A stretch of DNA of 64,000 nt from Macrostomum lignano (Eukaryota), in NCBI GenBank assembly GCA_002269645.1, contig NIVC01001763.1, positions 124,001 through 188,000 of the forward strand, written 5' to 3'. The notes under the pieces are model-generated. The model worked only from the letters and a program-made list of their open reading frames with translations. It had not been told where the DNA came from and did no database searches. Within the stretch, counting starts at the first letter, position 1, and the number at the start of each line of letters is the position of its first letter. The position numbers and the translations under genes were made by a program. Shown here one piece after another: positions 1 to 14,484 of this stretch.

Positions 1-249
1 ATGGAGTTGAGAAGCGAAGAGCACTCTCAAAGCCGGAGCGCACTCGAGAAGCCTAATTGCTTGGAGAGATGAGAGAGGGGGGCCGGACCGTATGTTGGTG
101 CTCCCAGACTGGCAATCGAGTTAAAAATTGGAATCTTTGTGCCAAAACAATCCAATTTGGCTGTTTAGTAGGGGCTGGGGTGCACTATGGGGCACTGAGT
201 GGCGAAATTGAAAATATTGATTGAGATTTTGCATTCGTTTCTTAAAGAC

Positions 250-1350
250 TAGGGATAGGAGACTAGAGAATAGAGATATGGACTAGAGACTAGAGATAGG
301 AGACTAGAGATGGAGATTAGATCTAGGAGACTAGAGATAGGATACTAGAGATAGGAGACTAGAGATAGGAGACTAGAGATAGGAGACTAGCGATAGGAGA
401 CTAGAGATAGGAGACTAGAGATAGGAGACTAGAGATAGGAGACTAGAGATAGGAGACTAGAGATAGGAGACTAGAGATAGGAGATTAGAGATAGGAGACT
501 AGAGATAGGAGACTAGAGATAGGAGATTAGATCTAGGAGACTAGAGATAGGAGACTAGAGATAGGAGACTAGAGATAGGAGACTAGAGATAGGAGACTAG
601 AGATAGGAGACTAGAGATAGGAGACTAGAGATAGGAGACTAGAGATAGGAGACTAGAGATAGGAGACTAGAGATAGGAGACTAGAGATAGGAGATTAGAT
701 CTAGGAGACTAGAGATAGGAGACTAGAGATAGGAGACTAGAGATAGGAGACTAGAGATAGGAGACTAGAGATAGGAGACTAGAGATAGGAGACTAGAGAT
801 AGGAGACTAGAGATAGGAGACTAGAGATTGGAGACTAGAGATTGGAGACTAGAGATAGGAGACTAGAGATAGGAGACTAGAGATAGGAGACTAGAGATAG
901 GAGACTAGAGATAGGAGACTAGCGATAGGAGACTAGAGATAGGAGACTAGAGATAGGAGACTAGAGATAGGAGACTAGAGATAGGAGACTAGAGATAGGA
1001 GACTAGAGATAGGAGACTAGAGATAGGAGACTAGAGATAGGAGACTAGAGATAGGAGACTAGAGATAGGAGACTAGAGATAGGAGATTAGAGATAGGAGA
1101 CTAGAGATAGGAGACTAGAGATAGGAGATTAGATCTAGGAGACTAGAGATAGGAGACTAGAGATAGGAGACTAGAGATAGGAGACTAGAGATAGGAGACT
1201 AGAGATAGGAGACTAGAGATAGGAGACTAGAGATAGGAGACTAGAGATAGGAGACTACAGAGATAGGAGACTAGAGATAGGAGACTAGAGATAGGAGACT
1301 AGAGATAGGAGACTAGAGATAGGAGACTAGAGATAGGAGACTAGAGATAC
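250..1350. repeat. 14-bp minisatellite (GGAGACTAGAGATA)n
   Basis: Near-perfect 14-bp tandem units, with a recurrent variant GAGATTAGATCTAG. Confidence 0.97.
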
Positions 1351-2257
1351 AAACAGAGAGCCATTCTATGCACTGGAAACAGTTTTTAATAATTTTACTG
1401 GCGCCGGTTGTCCTGCCCGCACTGACTAAAAATTTCTTCTTTTCATTATCAAAACCGGGCCGCCTCATCCAGAACTTCATCATGATGCGATGCTTCGCTC
1501 TGAAAACAGCACCAAGCCCAACAGTCTTTGGGAACCGTTTTTGCCACTCTCTGCTTGCAGAAGAAGGAGGAGACACGCCAGAACGCAGAGAAAAAAGAGC
1601 AAGTTAAGGGAAAAAACTTCTCTGTGAAACACGCATCGCACACGCATGCTTCTCTAGCAGAGCCAGAACACAAGACAGACAGTCGGGGCTTCCTCCTTGC
1701 ACCGCGCCGCGCAGGCAGGCGGGCAGGCCTTCGCCTCCAGACCCCCTCCCAGTTCCCTTGAAAGAAATTTGACACCAACACCCCCGGTCCCTAGCTCTGT
1801 GAGACACTGCAGTTGACCAGATGGAACAGTTCAGCGAGTCTCGATAAAGAGAGCGCGCGAGAGAGCGAAATCGTCTCATATTTCCGTCAGCCCACGAGCC
1901 CAGAAAGGGCCTCTGCTAACCCCCCCCCCCTTATCCTGTCCCCAGAGCCGCCGCCTCGGCAAAATTCCGACTCAAAAAATTCTCGCGCCTTCCCTGCGTC
2001 CACCCGCCCGCCCGCCTCATCCTGCTTTTCCAGGCTCCTCCCCTCTCAGCCAGCCTGCTCGTGTCGCCACACACTTTCTCCAGCCCCCATCCAGTCGCTT
2101 ATTTCCAATCGCTTATTTAACTCAACTCTGGCAATACTCGCTCGATAGTTAAAATCTTGACAAGCAATGACGTGACCCGTCATTAAAAATTTAGGCGAGC
2201 AAGTTTTCCTGATGCACGCTGGGGAATCGGGCTGGGCGCTCCTCATCCTCCCTGCTC

Positions 2258-3375
2258 AATGCAGTCTCTGATCTCTCTCCGCTCTCTCTGATCTCCATCC
2301 GCTCTCTCTGATCTCTCTGATCTCTCTCCACTCTCTCTGATCTCTCTTATCTCTCTCCGCTCTCTCTGATCTCTCTGATCTCTCTCCGCTCTCTCTGATC
2401 TCTCTGATCTCTCTCCGCTCTCTCTGATCTCTCTCCGCTCTCTCTGATCTCTCTGATCTCTCTCCGCTCTCTCTGATCTCTCTCCGCTCTCTCTGATCTC
2501 TCTCCGCTCTCTCCGCTCTCTCTGATCTCTCTCCGCTCTCTCCGCTCTCTCTGATCTCTCTCCGCTCTCTCTGATCTCTCTCCGCTCTCTCTGATCTCTC
2601 TCCGCTCTCTCTGATCTCTCTGATCTCTCTCCGCTCTCTCTGATCTCTCTCCGCTCTCTCTGATCTCTCTCCGCTCTCTCCGCTCTCTCTGATCTCTCTC
2701 CGCTCTCTCTGATCTCTCTGATCTCTCTCCGCTCTCTCTGATCTCTCTGATCTCTCTCCGCTCTCTCTGATCTCTCTCCGCTCTCTCTGATCTCTCTGAT
2801 CTCTCTCCGCTCTCTCTGATCTCTCTCCGCTCTCTCTGATCTCTCTCCGCTCTCTCTGATCTCTCTGATCTCTCTCCGCTCTCTCTGATCTCTCTCCGCT
2901 CTCTCTGATCTCTCTCCGCTCTCTCCGCTCTCTCTGATCTCTCTCCGCTCTCTCTGATCTCTCTGATCTCTCTCCGCTCTCTCTGATCTCTCTGATCTCT
3001 CTCCGCTCTCTCTGATCTCTCTCCGCTCTCTCTGATCTCTCTGATCTCTCTCCGCTCTCTCTGATCTCTCTCCGCTCTCTCTGATCTCTCTCCGCTCTCT
3101 CCGCTCTCTCTGATCTCTCTCCGCTCTCTCCGCTCTCTCTGATCTCTCTCCGCTCTCTCTGATCTCTCTCCGCTCTCTCTGATCTCTCTCCGCTCTCTCT
3201 GATCTCTCTGATCTCTCTCCGCTCTCTCTGATCTCTCTCCGCTCTCTCTGATCTCTCTCCGCTCTCTCTGATCTCTCTCCGCTCTCTCCGCTCTCTCTGA
3301 TCTCTCTCCGCTCTCTCCGCTCTCTCTGATCTCTCTCCGCTCTCTCTGATCTCTCTCCGCTCTCTCTGATCTGAC
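2258..3375. repeat. Compound CT-rich minisatellite of CTCTCTCTGAT and CTCTCTCCG units
   Basis: Two 9-11 bp unit types alternate; this explains the 381-aa ERSER ORF on the minus strand. Confidence 0.97.
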
Positions 3376-4684
3376 TCCTATTTCTCAATATTCTGTTTGC
3401 AGTTTATGCCTCAGTTATAGGCTAAATGGGACAGGAGAATAAGGAAGAAATGACAAAGGAATTGCTATTCAAACGACATGCCTTGAACTGAGAGAGAAAA
3501 TGACAAAACTACTAGCGTATGGGCAAATATCTCTTAGTTAAACAGCATATGCTTTTTTTAGCCGCTTTCCCTCCAGTTCGGGACGCCCACTGCTCGAACA
3601 AGGAGAATTCGAATTTCGAACAGAATCGATTGACAGAAATACGGTTGGGGTTTTTGAAAAGTTTTTGTTTGTCTGCTCGACCCCCCCCCCTCTGCCCTCC
3701 TTCCCGCTCGCTCCGTTCCCAGCGCCCGCCGAAGATGTTTGCTAAGAAAAGCTGGGAAGCCGGAAGCCCTAAGTAGATGTTAGTGCCTTAGTGGCCTAGT
3801 CAGACAGGCAACTGGCGGCCTGGCAACTCTTCAATTCATTGATTGGCCATTTAAGCAAGCAATTTACATAATTTTTGTTGTCTATGGCGCGGACCCCGGG
3901 CCAGTGAGCAAACAGCCGAGCTGGCCTCTTGTCAACGTTATGTCTATGCCAAAATGAGAGCTGTCTTCATTCCGAAGGCAAACTTCTCCAAGTAGATTTT
4001 TTCATTAATAGAAATTAGTTTCCGACAATCTGGGGGTGAATTGTCAAGACTTTTTTAACTACTATTTTATTAATTATTCTGGAATCGAAAAGCGGGCAAG
4101 AGTGATGGAGAGCAGAGGCAGGGACAATGACATGCTGATATGAGCCCATTGGCACGCCCGCCCCCTGTGCCATGTTCTGCGGTGGGCAAATATTGCTCTC
4201 ATTTATTCTTCATCTAATTGTGCTTCCAGAAGACAGCGCATTGCTGCTGGCAAATGTTTAACAATACACCTAAGGATAAGTTTGTGAGTGAACGGGGCAG
4301 GACCGCTAGAGCCCCCCCATGCCTGCTAACTGTGGGTGCCATTATACCGTGAGACCTGCGGGAGGCCACTCTTAGTAACCCCTCTGATTGTCACCCATAG
4401 CCCTACTCGAATGGCGTGCACTCAGAGTCAACATTTATCGCTAATAAATATTCTTAGCCAGCAGTTGGAGCTCAATAAACTTACTTTTCTGCGATGGGTT
4501 AACATCTAAATGGGCTCAATGCTAACTGAGCAAGAAATGAGAGTTAAAGTTGGCAAGGTGCATTACTGCTTGACAAGTCCTAGTGACAATTGAAGCGGGT
4601 TGAAGTGGTCATAAAAATGAATGAATACGGGGAATTTCATTTCGAAGTTCGACTGAAAGGTAGAGCAGATAAATAGTGAATAGT

Positions 4685-5703
4685 GTGACAGCCATGGTGA
4701 CAATCAGACGGAGTGACAGCCAGAGTGACAATCAGAGTGACATTCAGACAGAGTGACAGCCAGAGTGACGATCAGAGTGACAATCAGACAGAGTGACAAC
4801 CAGAGGGACAATCAGAGTGACAATCAGAGTGACAATCAGACAGAGTGACAACCAGAGTGACAATCAGACAGAGTGACAACCAGAGGGACAATCAGAGTGA
4901 CAATCAGAGTGACAATCAGACAGAGTGACAACCAGAGTGACAATGAGACAGAGTGACAACCAGAGGGACAATCAGAGTGACAATCAGAGTGACAATCAGA
5001 GTGACAATCAGACAGAGTGACAACCAGAGTGAAAATCAGACAGAGTGACAACCAGAGTGACAATCAGATAGAGTGACAACCAGAGTGACAATCAGACAGA
5101 GTGACAATCAGCGTGACAATTAGAGTGACAATCAGAGACCGGGTGACAATCAGAGTGACAACCAGAGTGACAATCAGACAGAGTGACAATCAGCGTGACA
5201 ATTAGAGTGACAATCAGAGACTGGGTGACAATCAGAGTGACAATCAGAGACCAGGTGACAATCAGAGTGACAATCAGACAGAGTGACAATCAGAGTGACA
5301 ATCAGACAGAGTGACAATCAGAGTGACAATCAGACAGAGTGACAATCAGACAGAGTGACAATCAGAGTAACAATCAGACAGAGTGACAATCAGACAGAGT
5401 GACAATCAGAATGACAATCAGACTGAGTGGCAATCAGACAGAGTGACAATCAGACAGAGTGACAATCAGACAGAGTGACAATCAGACAGAGTGACAATCA
5501 GACAGAGTGACAATCAGACAGAGTGACAATCAGACAGAATGACAATCAGACAGAGTGACAATCAGACAGAGTGACAATCAGAGTGACAATCAGAGTGACA
5601 ATTGGAGTGACAATCAGAGTGACAATCAGACAGAGTGACAACTAGAGTAACAATCCGTGTGACAATCAGGGTGACGATCAGAATGACAATCAGAGTGACA
5701 ACA
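4685..5703. repeat. 12/16-bp minisatellite (GAGTGACAATCA[GACA])n inside the intron of the left Six gene
   Basis: Tandem GTGACAATCAGA units ending just below the splice donor at 5722. Confidence 0.95.
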
Positions 5704-5722
5704 AGATCTACCACCGACTCAC

Positions 5723-6495
5723 TTGTCCTTGCCGTCAGCTGCCCGATCCCGCTGTCTCCGGTTCTTGAACCAGTTGGACACCTGAGTGGTGGTCAGGCCG
5801 GTCTCCTCCGCCAGCTCTTTCTTCTCCCTCGGTGACGGGTAGGGGTTGTGCGCGTACCACTCGCGCAGCACCTGTCTGGACTTCTCCTTGAAGCAGTAGG
5901 AGGTCTCCTCGCCATCCCAGATGGTCCGGGGCAGCGGGAACTTCCGCCGCACCCGGTACTTGGCCACGGCGCCGAGCGGCCGGCCCTTGACCTTCTCCTC
6001 CTCGCGATAGTGCGCGTTCAGCCACAGAGCCTGCAGCTGCGGGTGCAGCCGTGGCGAGAAGTTGTGACTCTCCAGAATCCTGTAGAGCTCCTTGTAGTTC
6101 TCCCGGTGCGAGGCCACGTAGGCCTTGGCGGTGAGCACGGACTCATTGCGGTGCAGCTGCTCGCAGGGCGGCAGAGACCAGATCAGGCGGGACAGGCGGT
6201 CCATGTCGCCGGAGCTGCGCATGACTTCGCACACGCAGGCCACCTGCTCCTGGGTGAACCGGCACCCGCCGCTGCCAGCGCCAGCGGCGCCGCCGACTGA
6301 GCATTCGGAATCATCCGCTGACAGAATCGGCTGGTGATGCTGCGGGATCAGCTGATGAAGCTCCTGGCTCTGAGTTGCCTGCTGAGGAGTCTGGGTCTGC
6401 TGTTGTTGCTGCTGCTGTTGCAGAGTCTGCTCACTGTAGGCTCGGTCTTCGACAGATGCGCAGGGTAGATAACAGTCCTGGGACTGCTGGATCAT
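5723..6495 (-). CDS. six1/2: Six1/2 (sine oculis) class homeobox gene, paralog A, coding exon 1 (Six domain + homeodomain); exon 2 not found in the window
   Basis: Translation contains [12 protein letters not shown]...[24 protein letters not shown]...[16 protein letters not shown]. The ETSY tetrapeptide marks the Six1/2 class. The exon ends AAG GAC AA|GTGAGT, a phase-2 donor at the position of the conserved Six1/2 intron. Confidence 0.96.
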
Positions 6496-7081
6496 CTGGC
6501 CTGGCTGGGGCTTCGCTGCCGCCTCGCTTGGCCCTATATTTCACTGCCGACTGCGGAACAGTAAGCGGAGAAGTTAGCGGTGAGCAGAGTGAGATCGGGT
6601 TCTACTTCCCAGCCCTACTGCCGCCACTCCGCCTCTCTATCTCGCTTTACAGTGCCTGAGACACCCGATCCGCTGTGGATAAGATTGACTTACCTACCAG
6701 CCCTACTCTCTCTCGCGAGCGAGCGCTTGAGCGCAAGACGATCCTGACGAGTTCCTGGCGCGGCTTAGGCTTATTCCTGTCGCTGCCGAGCCAGCCGTGT
6801 CATCAATACGCGAGATTCTGGCCTTCAAGTCCGTCTCTCTCTCTCTCCCTCTCCTCAGAAAGCGAAAACAATAACTGTGAAAGCTGATATGAAAGCTGAA
6901 CCAAGCGCACAAAAGCCAGCGGAGTCAGCGAGATTGAAATTGGAAACGGGATGGGACGCGGCGAGTCGGCTTAAGTGACGGTGAGAGTGACAATATGCGG
7001 ATGCGGACCCGGGCTGGTGAGAAATTCAGCGGTAAAAACCGGGACGCGGCCGAAGCCCCCCCCCCCCCAGCCGGCCAGGGC

Positions 7082-7444
7082 CTATCGGGTTTCTGATTGG
7101 CTGGCAGGGCAGCGGCCCTCGCGCCCTCTCTCTCTATCGCGCCTTCTCCTTTCGCCCTTCGGAAATCTCCGAGTTAGGGGGGGGGGGTATCAGCTTACCC
7201 ATTCGACGGCTCTGGGCTGGGGTGGCAGAGGAGGGCAAAGGCGAGACAGTTGGTTGGCGAGGGACGATGGAGACAGAAGCACCCGGCACCCGAGTGACGA
7301 GGCGGCTCAGCCAAGGTGTGACGAAATTGTTTGTCACCACCCCCAACCCCTCATCAATTCCTACTTTCGATTTTTTTCAGTTGCTATGCGCCGCTAAAAA
7401 CTTGCCGGAGTGAGGGGCGGCCGGGCAGGCGGATCTCGGGTTTC
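7082..7444 (-). promoter_or_regulatory. Putative proximal promoter of Six paralog A, with a CCAAT-type box and SIX-binding motifs
   Basis: CTGATTGGCTGG at 7093-7104; GGTATCAGCTTAC at 7186-7198 (reverse complement of the So consensus GTAANYNGANAYS); TCGGGTTTC at 7085-7093 and 7436-7444. Confidence 0.5.
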
Positions 7445-7748
7445 GGAGGGAAGCCGATTGGGGACTCCCCGATCCCCCAGTGCCCGGGTCGCCTGTACAG
7501 CAGCTGCTGGGGGCTTTCTTGTTTGTTTATGACTTCCGCCGAGCCGGTGAAACAAAGGGCGTTCGACTTTCTGCATGTATCCGGGTCATTAAGCTCTCGA
7601 ATGGGTCCAGTGCATCCAGTGCCTGCGGCTGCGTGCGGCTGGAGCGAGTCACTGACTTGTTGACGGCGCATAAATTTGCATATTTTAAACTAATATAGCA
7701 ACTCCATTTGGGGAAATGTTTGCAACTGAAATGGGAGTATTTTTATGT

Positions 7749-9177
<1,429 letters not shown>

Positions 9178-10059
9178 AGGCTCCCTCAGCAGATGGGGTG
9201 CCGCAGGATCTGCATGAGCCGGAAGCAACCGGATCTGCTGGGCTGGCACGGCCAGTTCCGGTGAAAGCTGACGACCTTGCATTCTCCCATCGAGCAGCGC
9301 CCCAGTGAATTCTTGTCCCCTTTCAGACCAGCCGAAAGGCGAGCCGCCAAGATGATTCGCCCAGATATGCTCGGCGAACTGTCGAGTTTCTCGCGCCCCA
9401 ATCTGTCGAATAGCTGGAAAATAGCTTTACTCTATATTAGCGAACAAAATTGGATTCAAATTTTACAATGAGCTCATACATAGTTGAGTATTTTAATTAC
9501 AAGGATACCGGGATACCGAGAATGCGCACGGGCGCGGGTTAGTTAAGGTGTTGCATCACATGCTCGCGAGGCTAATGAGCAGAGGCTGTCCCCGGGGTCC
9601 ATATGGGAACAGGGCAGGGCAGTCTCCAGCATGCAGCTCCAGGTGGATACAGCCTGCCCGCCCTGCTATCAGTGACAAGTTTGATGGCCAAATGACGGAC
9701 AAGGGGGTCCCCTTGATTAACAGTTCGGACTTGGGAAAGGGGTAGCGGTTGGGGAGAGAAAAAAGCAAGGAACAGCGGCGATGGTGGCGTATGACCAGCT
9801 GGACTGGGGTGCTCAAGCCCCGAAGGCATTCATCCCACTGTATTCAGGGCTGGGTTGAGTTGGTTTAGATGAGGTTGGTTTAAGAGAATTCGATGAACTG
9901 TAAATCTTACATCGAGTGAAGTAACACCTGGATAAAATCATTTCGAATAGATTTAGAGTTTGAGCAAAACGGTTCTCGAGCTTGAGGATTAGAAACTAAA
10001 AACCAGGTGTTTTAACTGTTTAAAGGCTTGAATTATTAGCGAATTGGCTGATTATCTCA

Positions 10060-10590
10060 CAGAGGTAGATATCGGTCATAATCTCACACTGGATATTGGT
10101 CATAATCTCACACTGGATATTGGTCATAATCTCACACTTGATATTGGTCATAATCTCACACTGGATATTGGTCATAATCTCACACTGGATATTGGTCATA
10201 ATCTCACACTGGATATGGGTCATAATCTCACAGTAGAAATGGGTCATAATCACACAGTAGAAATGGGTCATAATCACACAGTAGAAATGGGTCATAATCA
10301 CACAGTAGAAATGGGTCATAATCTCACAGTAGAAATGGGTCATAATCTCACAGTAGAAATGGGTCATAATCACACAGTAGAAATGGGTCATAATCTCACA
10401 GTAGAAATGGGTCATAATCACACAGTAGAAATGGGTCATAATCACACAGTAGAAATGGGTCATAATCACACAGTAGATATTTGTCATTATCTCACAGCAA
10501 ATATCGCTCATAATCCTAGTAATTTTCGCTCATAATCCATGTAAATATCGGTCATAATCCTAGTAAATATTTCTCATATTACAGTAAATA
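10060..10590. repeat. 24-bp minisatellite (GGTCATAATC[T]CACAGTAGAAATG-like)
   Basis: 8-aa periodic ORFs on both strands; the unit sequence drifts along the array. Confidence 0.95.
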
Positions 10591-11641
10591 TTGCTCATAA
10601 CTCCTAATTCTAGTAAATTGCAATCTGAATACTACATGCCGCTCATGACAAAGAAAACACACACTAGGCAGGGACTCAGTCGGGAAAGTGATTTGGGTAA
10701 GTGACAGTGCAGTCACAGCAGCGGCCCATGCCCTGTCATTTATATCCAAGCGCACTCCCAACCGCTGCCCAACATCTGCTGATATCGAACGGAGCTTTCG
10801 GTTCGAGCCTCAATTCCCGCGTGTCTCCTGCCGGAGGTTGCAGGAGCCCCCGCTAGCCCGCGCGGTGGCACCAACAGAAGTCTAATGCACACACTTCAGC
10901 TGCGGGAGGAACTTGACGGATATTGGACTGTTGGCTTGCCCCGCCCCCCCCCAATATTTGCAGTGGGATCTGGTTTCTGCTTCCCCTTTCACAGCCCTCC
11001 CGCTTCCCCTATCGTAGTCTGCATTCTGTCTGCCTCACTTTTTTTGTTAAATAACTCGGCCAAAGAAAACTCCGCCATCTCTAATTTGAGCAGTACTCAA
11101 CATTAGACTTGGAATTTTCACAAACAAATTAATTTCTATACTGGTTTTTGATTGTCAACTTTTAGTCTACAACCTCTCCCACGCAACCGTATTTATTGCA
11201 CAGTATAATGTACACTTTACTTTTTACTTAAGGGAAAGTTGGCTCTATATAAAACTCAATTCAACGCCGCCCTTGCTGTGGGAAATGTGATATTGAACAA
11301 ACAGACGGCTCTACGGCTTGGACTAAGCTTGCGGATTGAAGGGCGGCAAGTGAGAGCCCATATGGGTCCGAAGGGAGATTTTTTCGAGGAGTTTCGCCCA
11401 CTCGAATCGAATCGAGAGCGGCAAACACGCAGGCTGAATGGGGATGGAGGCGGAGGAGGAGGAGGAAGAGGTTTTTAGCTCTGGGGTCAGCGGCGGCGAG
11501 CGCTGTGGAGAGAGAAGCACAGGCCGCGATTGTCAACTTTCGGGGTTCGAGAGCGGCGCCTCAGTGTGCCTGACGGGGGTGGCCGTTGAGGCTGACCGTT
11601 GCTTGATGGGGCTTAATGACCGCTTCTGGAGCTGAGCCTTT

Positions 11642-12520
11642 CTTATGACCTGTTTCTCTCTTATGACCAGTTTCCCTCTTTTGACAAGTTTCTCTCCTAT
11701 GACCAGTTTCTCTCTTATGTCCTGTTTCTCTCTTATGACCAGTTTCTCTATTATGTCCTGTTTCTCTATTATGTCCTGTTTCTCTCTTATGACTAGTTTC
11801 TCACTTATGACCAGTTTCTCTCTTATGACCAGTTTCTCTCTTATGACCAGTTTCTCTCTTATGACCAGTTTCTCTCTTATGACTAGTTTCTCACTTATGA
11901 CTAGTTTCTCACTTATGACCTGTTTCTCTCCTATGACCAGTTTCTCTCTTATGTCCTGTTTCTCTCTTATGTCCTGTTTCTCTCTTATGACTAGTTTCTC
12001 ACTTATGACCAGTTTCTCTCTTATGACCTGTTTCTCACTTGTGACCAGTTTCTCTCATATGACCTGTTTCGCACTTATGACATGTTTTCTATTATGACCA
12101 GTTTCTCTCTTATGACCTGTTTCTATCTTATGAACTGTTTCTATCTTATGACCAGTTTCTCTATTATGACCAGTTTCTCTATTATGATCAGTTTCTCTCT
12201 TATGACCAGTTTCTTGATTTCTTATGACCAGTTTCTCTCTTATGACCAGTTTCTCTCTTATGACCTGACTCACTCTATAATAACCTGTCTCTATGATCTG
12301 ACTCTATCCATCATCTGATTCTCTTTGCTCTGACTCTCTCAATGATCTGATTCTCTTTGCTCTGACTCTCTCAACGATCTGACTATCAATGATCTGACTC
12401 TATCCATCATCTGATTCTCTTTGCTCTGACTCTCTCAATGATCTGATTCTCTTTGCTCTGACTCTCTCAATGAACTGACTCTCAATGCTCTGACTCCTTA
12501 TAATCTGACTCTCTAGAGCT
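11642..12520. repeat. 18-bp minisatellite (TTATGACCAGTTTCTCTC)n, grading into CTGACTCTCTCAATGAT-type units
   Basis: 6-aa periodic MTSFSL ORF; gradual change of unit after about 12250. Confidence 0.95.
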
Positions 12521-13004
12521 GACTCTCCCCCGCGGCCTGACCCTTTTCTCTCGCTGCTATCCAGTTCACTGAGAATCCTTTCGAATCGCTGAAGGATTGC
12601 AGCACAGACATGCAGTTTCCTTATTGAAAAATTATAAATTCAGATTGGTTCCGCATCAACCAGACACTGCCGGGCTCTCGAAGTCTCTTCTTATCGAGGC
12701 TGCCTTTTTTTAGTCTTCTCAGCTCGATTTGCAGTTCGGGCGCGATTTCCCTTTGTTTGAGCAGCCCCGGGGCGATCTGCGGGGAGCATCGGGTTTCTGT
12801 CAGCGCTGTGACAGTCTGACAGGGAGACGCTGCAAGCCTTGAGACTGACGGCTATGGAGGGAGTGCCTCCTTAGCATTTGACTGGGAGAAGTCGGTCAGT
12901 CACCATGTCGCTGCCAGATGATGACCGCGGTCATACACTAATCAGTATGAGCTATGTGATAGTGATCATAAAATATAAGCAGAGCGTGACCCTCAGAATT
13001 ATCG

Positions 13005-13560
13005 GAATGAGCATAATGGGTCATTGACCAATATCGGTATGAGCATAATGGTCATTGACCAATATCGGTATGAGCATAATGGGTCATTGACCAATATCGG
13101 TATGAGCAGAATGGGTCATTGACCAATATCGGTATGAGCATAATGGGTCATTGACCAATATCGGTATGAGCAGAATGGGTCATTGACCAATATCGGTATG
13201 AGCAGAATGGGTCATTGACCAATATCGGTATGAGCAGAATGGGTCATTGACCAATATCGGTATGAGCAGAATGGGTCATTGACCAATATCGGTATGAGCA
13301 GAATGGGTCATTGACCAATATCGGTATGAGCAGAATGGGTCATTGACCAATATCGGTATGAGCAGAATGGGTCATTGACCAATATCGGTATGAGCAGAAT
13401 GGGTCATTGACCAATATCGGTATGAGCAGAATGGGTCATTGACCAATATCGGTATGAGCAGAATGGGTCATTGACCAATATCGGTATGAGCAGAATGGGT
13501 CATTGACCAGTATCGGTATGAGCAGAATGGGTCATTGACCATTATTGGTATGAGCAGAAT
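13005..13560. repeat. 32-bp minisatellite (GAATGGGTCATTGACCAATATCGGTATGAGCA)n
   Basis: About 17 head-to-tail copies with no spacers. Confidence 0.97.
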
Positions 13561-14484
13561 GGAATTCTTGACAATAAATAATGAACACGAGCGAAGTGTG
13601 GTCATCACTGTCAAATTAGTCGTATAAATTCTTATGACTGCATCGACTACATGCTTAATGAAGTCATACAGTTGTCAGACTGTTCTATATGAGCATCACA
13701 GTGATCATGCTGTTCTGTATGAGCATCACAGTGATCATGCTGTTTTGTATGAGCCTCTCCTAAATTTGAACCTTTTTCTACATCTCAACAACTGGACTGC
13801 TTTTGAGCTGATGAAGCCAGAGAACTGTTTTAGGAAGTTTTTTTAAGTCGGTTCAGACTCGGAAAATTTCTCTTGGATATTGGCTACAGGAGACGCCAGG
13901 CGGCAGGGCTAGGGGGCCGTAACTCGATCCTAAACTCAGCGACCAGCCGGAGCGGCAAAATCCTTGCCAAGATGCGGAGGAGAAAGCGATTAGAAATTGA
14001 TTTTGAACAGAGGTGGAGGAGGGAGAGGTGAGAATGTTTCTCAGGTGTCGGATTGCAAGCAGTCTTCCCTAAAGCCCCCCCCCCCACTTCCCAGATCCCT
14101 TGAGAGCTTTTCTCCCAGCTTTCGATGAAGCCGCCGCTCTCAGGCGAGAGCTGGACTTTCCTAGAAACTGACCGCCCGAGTGGAGAGTTAGTTTCTGCTC
14201 AACCCCGCCATGCTAATGCAATTTATGAGTGAAATGAGAGGATCAGGGGATCTTGACCACTTGTTAGGTGCCGCTTTTTAATCGCCTTGCATGGGATCGA
14301 ATTTCGTAATCAAACCATATTTTAAATAAGAAATTGATGAAGAATTAGTTGGTCTGCTTTTTACGTACACGCCTGAAAATTTTCTGTAGAATGAGCGTAC
14401 AGCAACTCCTGTAAATGTATTTGTGTCTTTCAGCCTGTCTGTCACTTGTGTACTAGGAGTCATTACTGAGCGTCTACAATAGTG

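Noticed and set aside
2243-3388. 381-aa ERSER/RE-rich ORF
   Set aside because: It is only a translation of the CT-rich minisatellite, with no unique sequence or proper start context.
5719-5722. In-frame TGA right after the homeodomain in both Six genes
   Set aside because: An automatic result of a phase-2 GTGAGT donor, so not evidence of a special isoform.
5848-6300. Antisense and alternate-frame ORFs over both Six exons (also 48974-49834, 41469-41975, 18272-18793, 35078-35581)
   Set aside because: Expected shadows of GC3-rich coding sequence.
13005-13560. 32-bp repeat of CRISPR-like length with a partial palindrome
   Set aside because: Units are head-to-tail with no spacers, there are no cas genes, and the context is eukaryotic.
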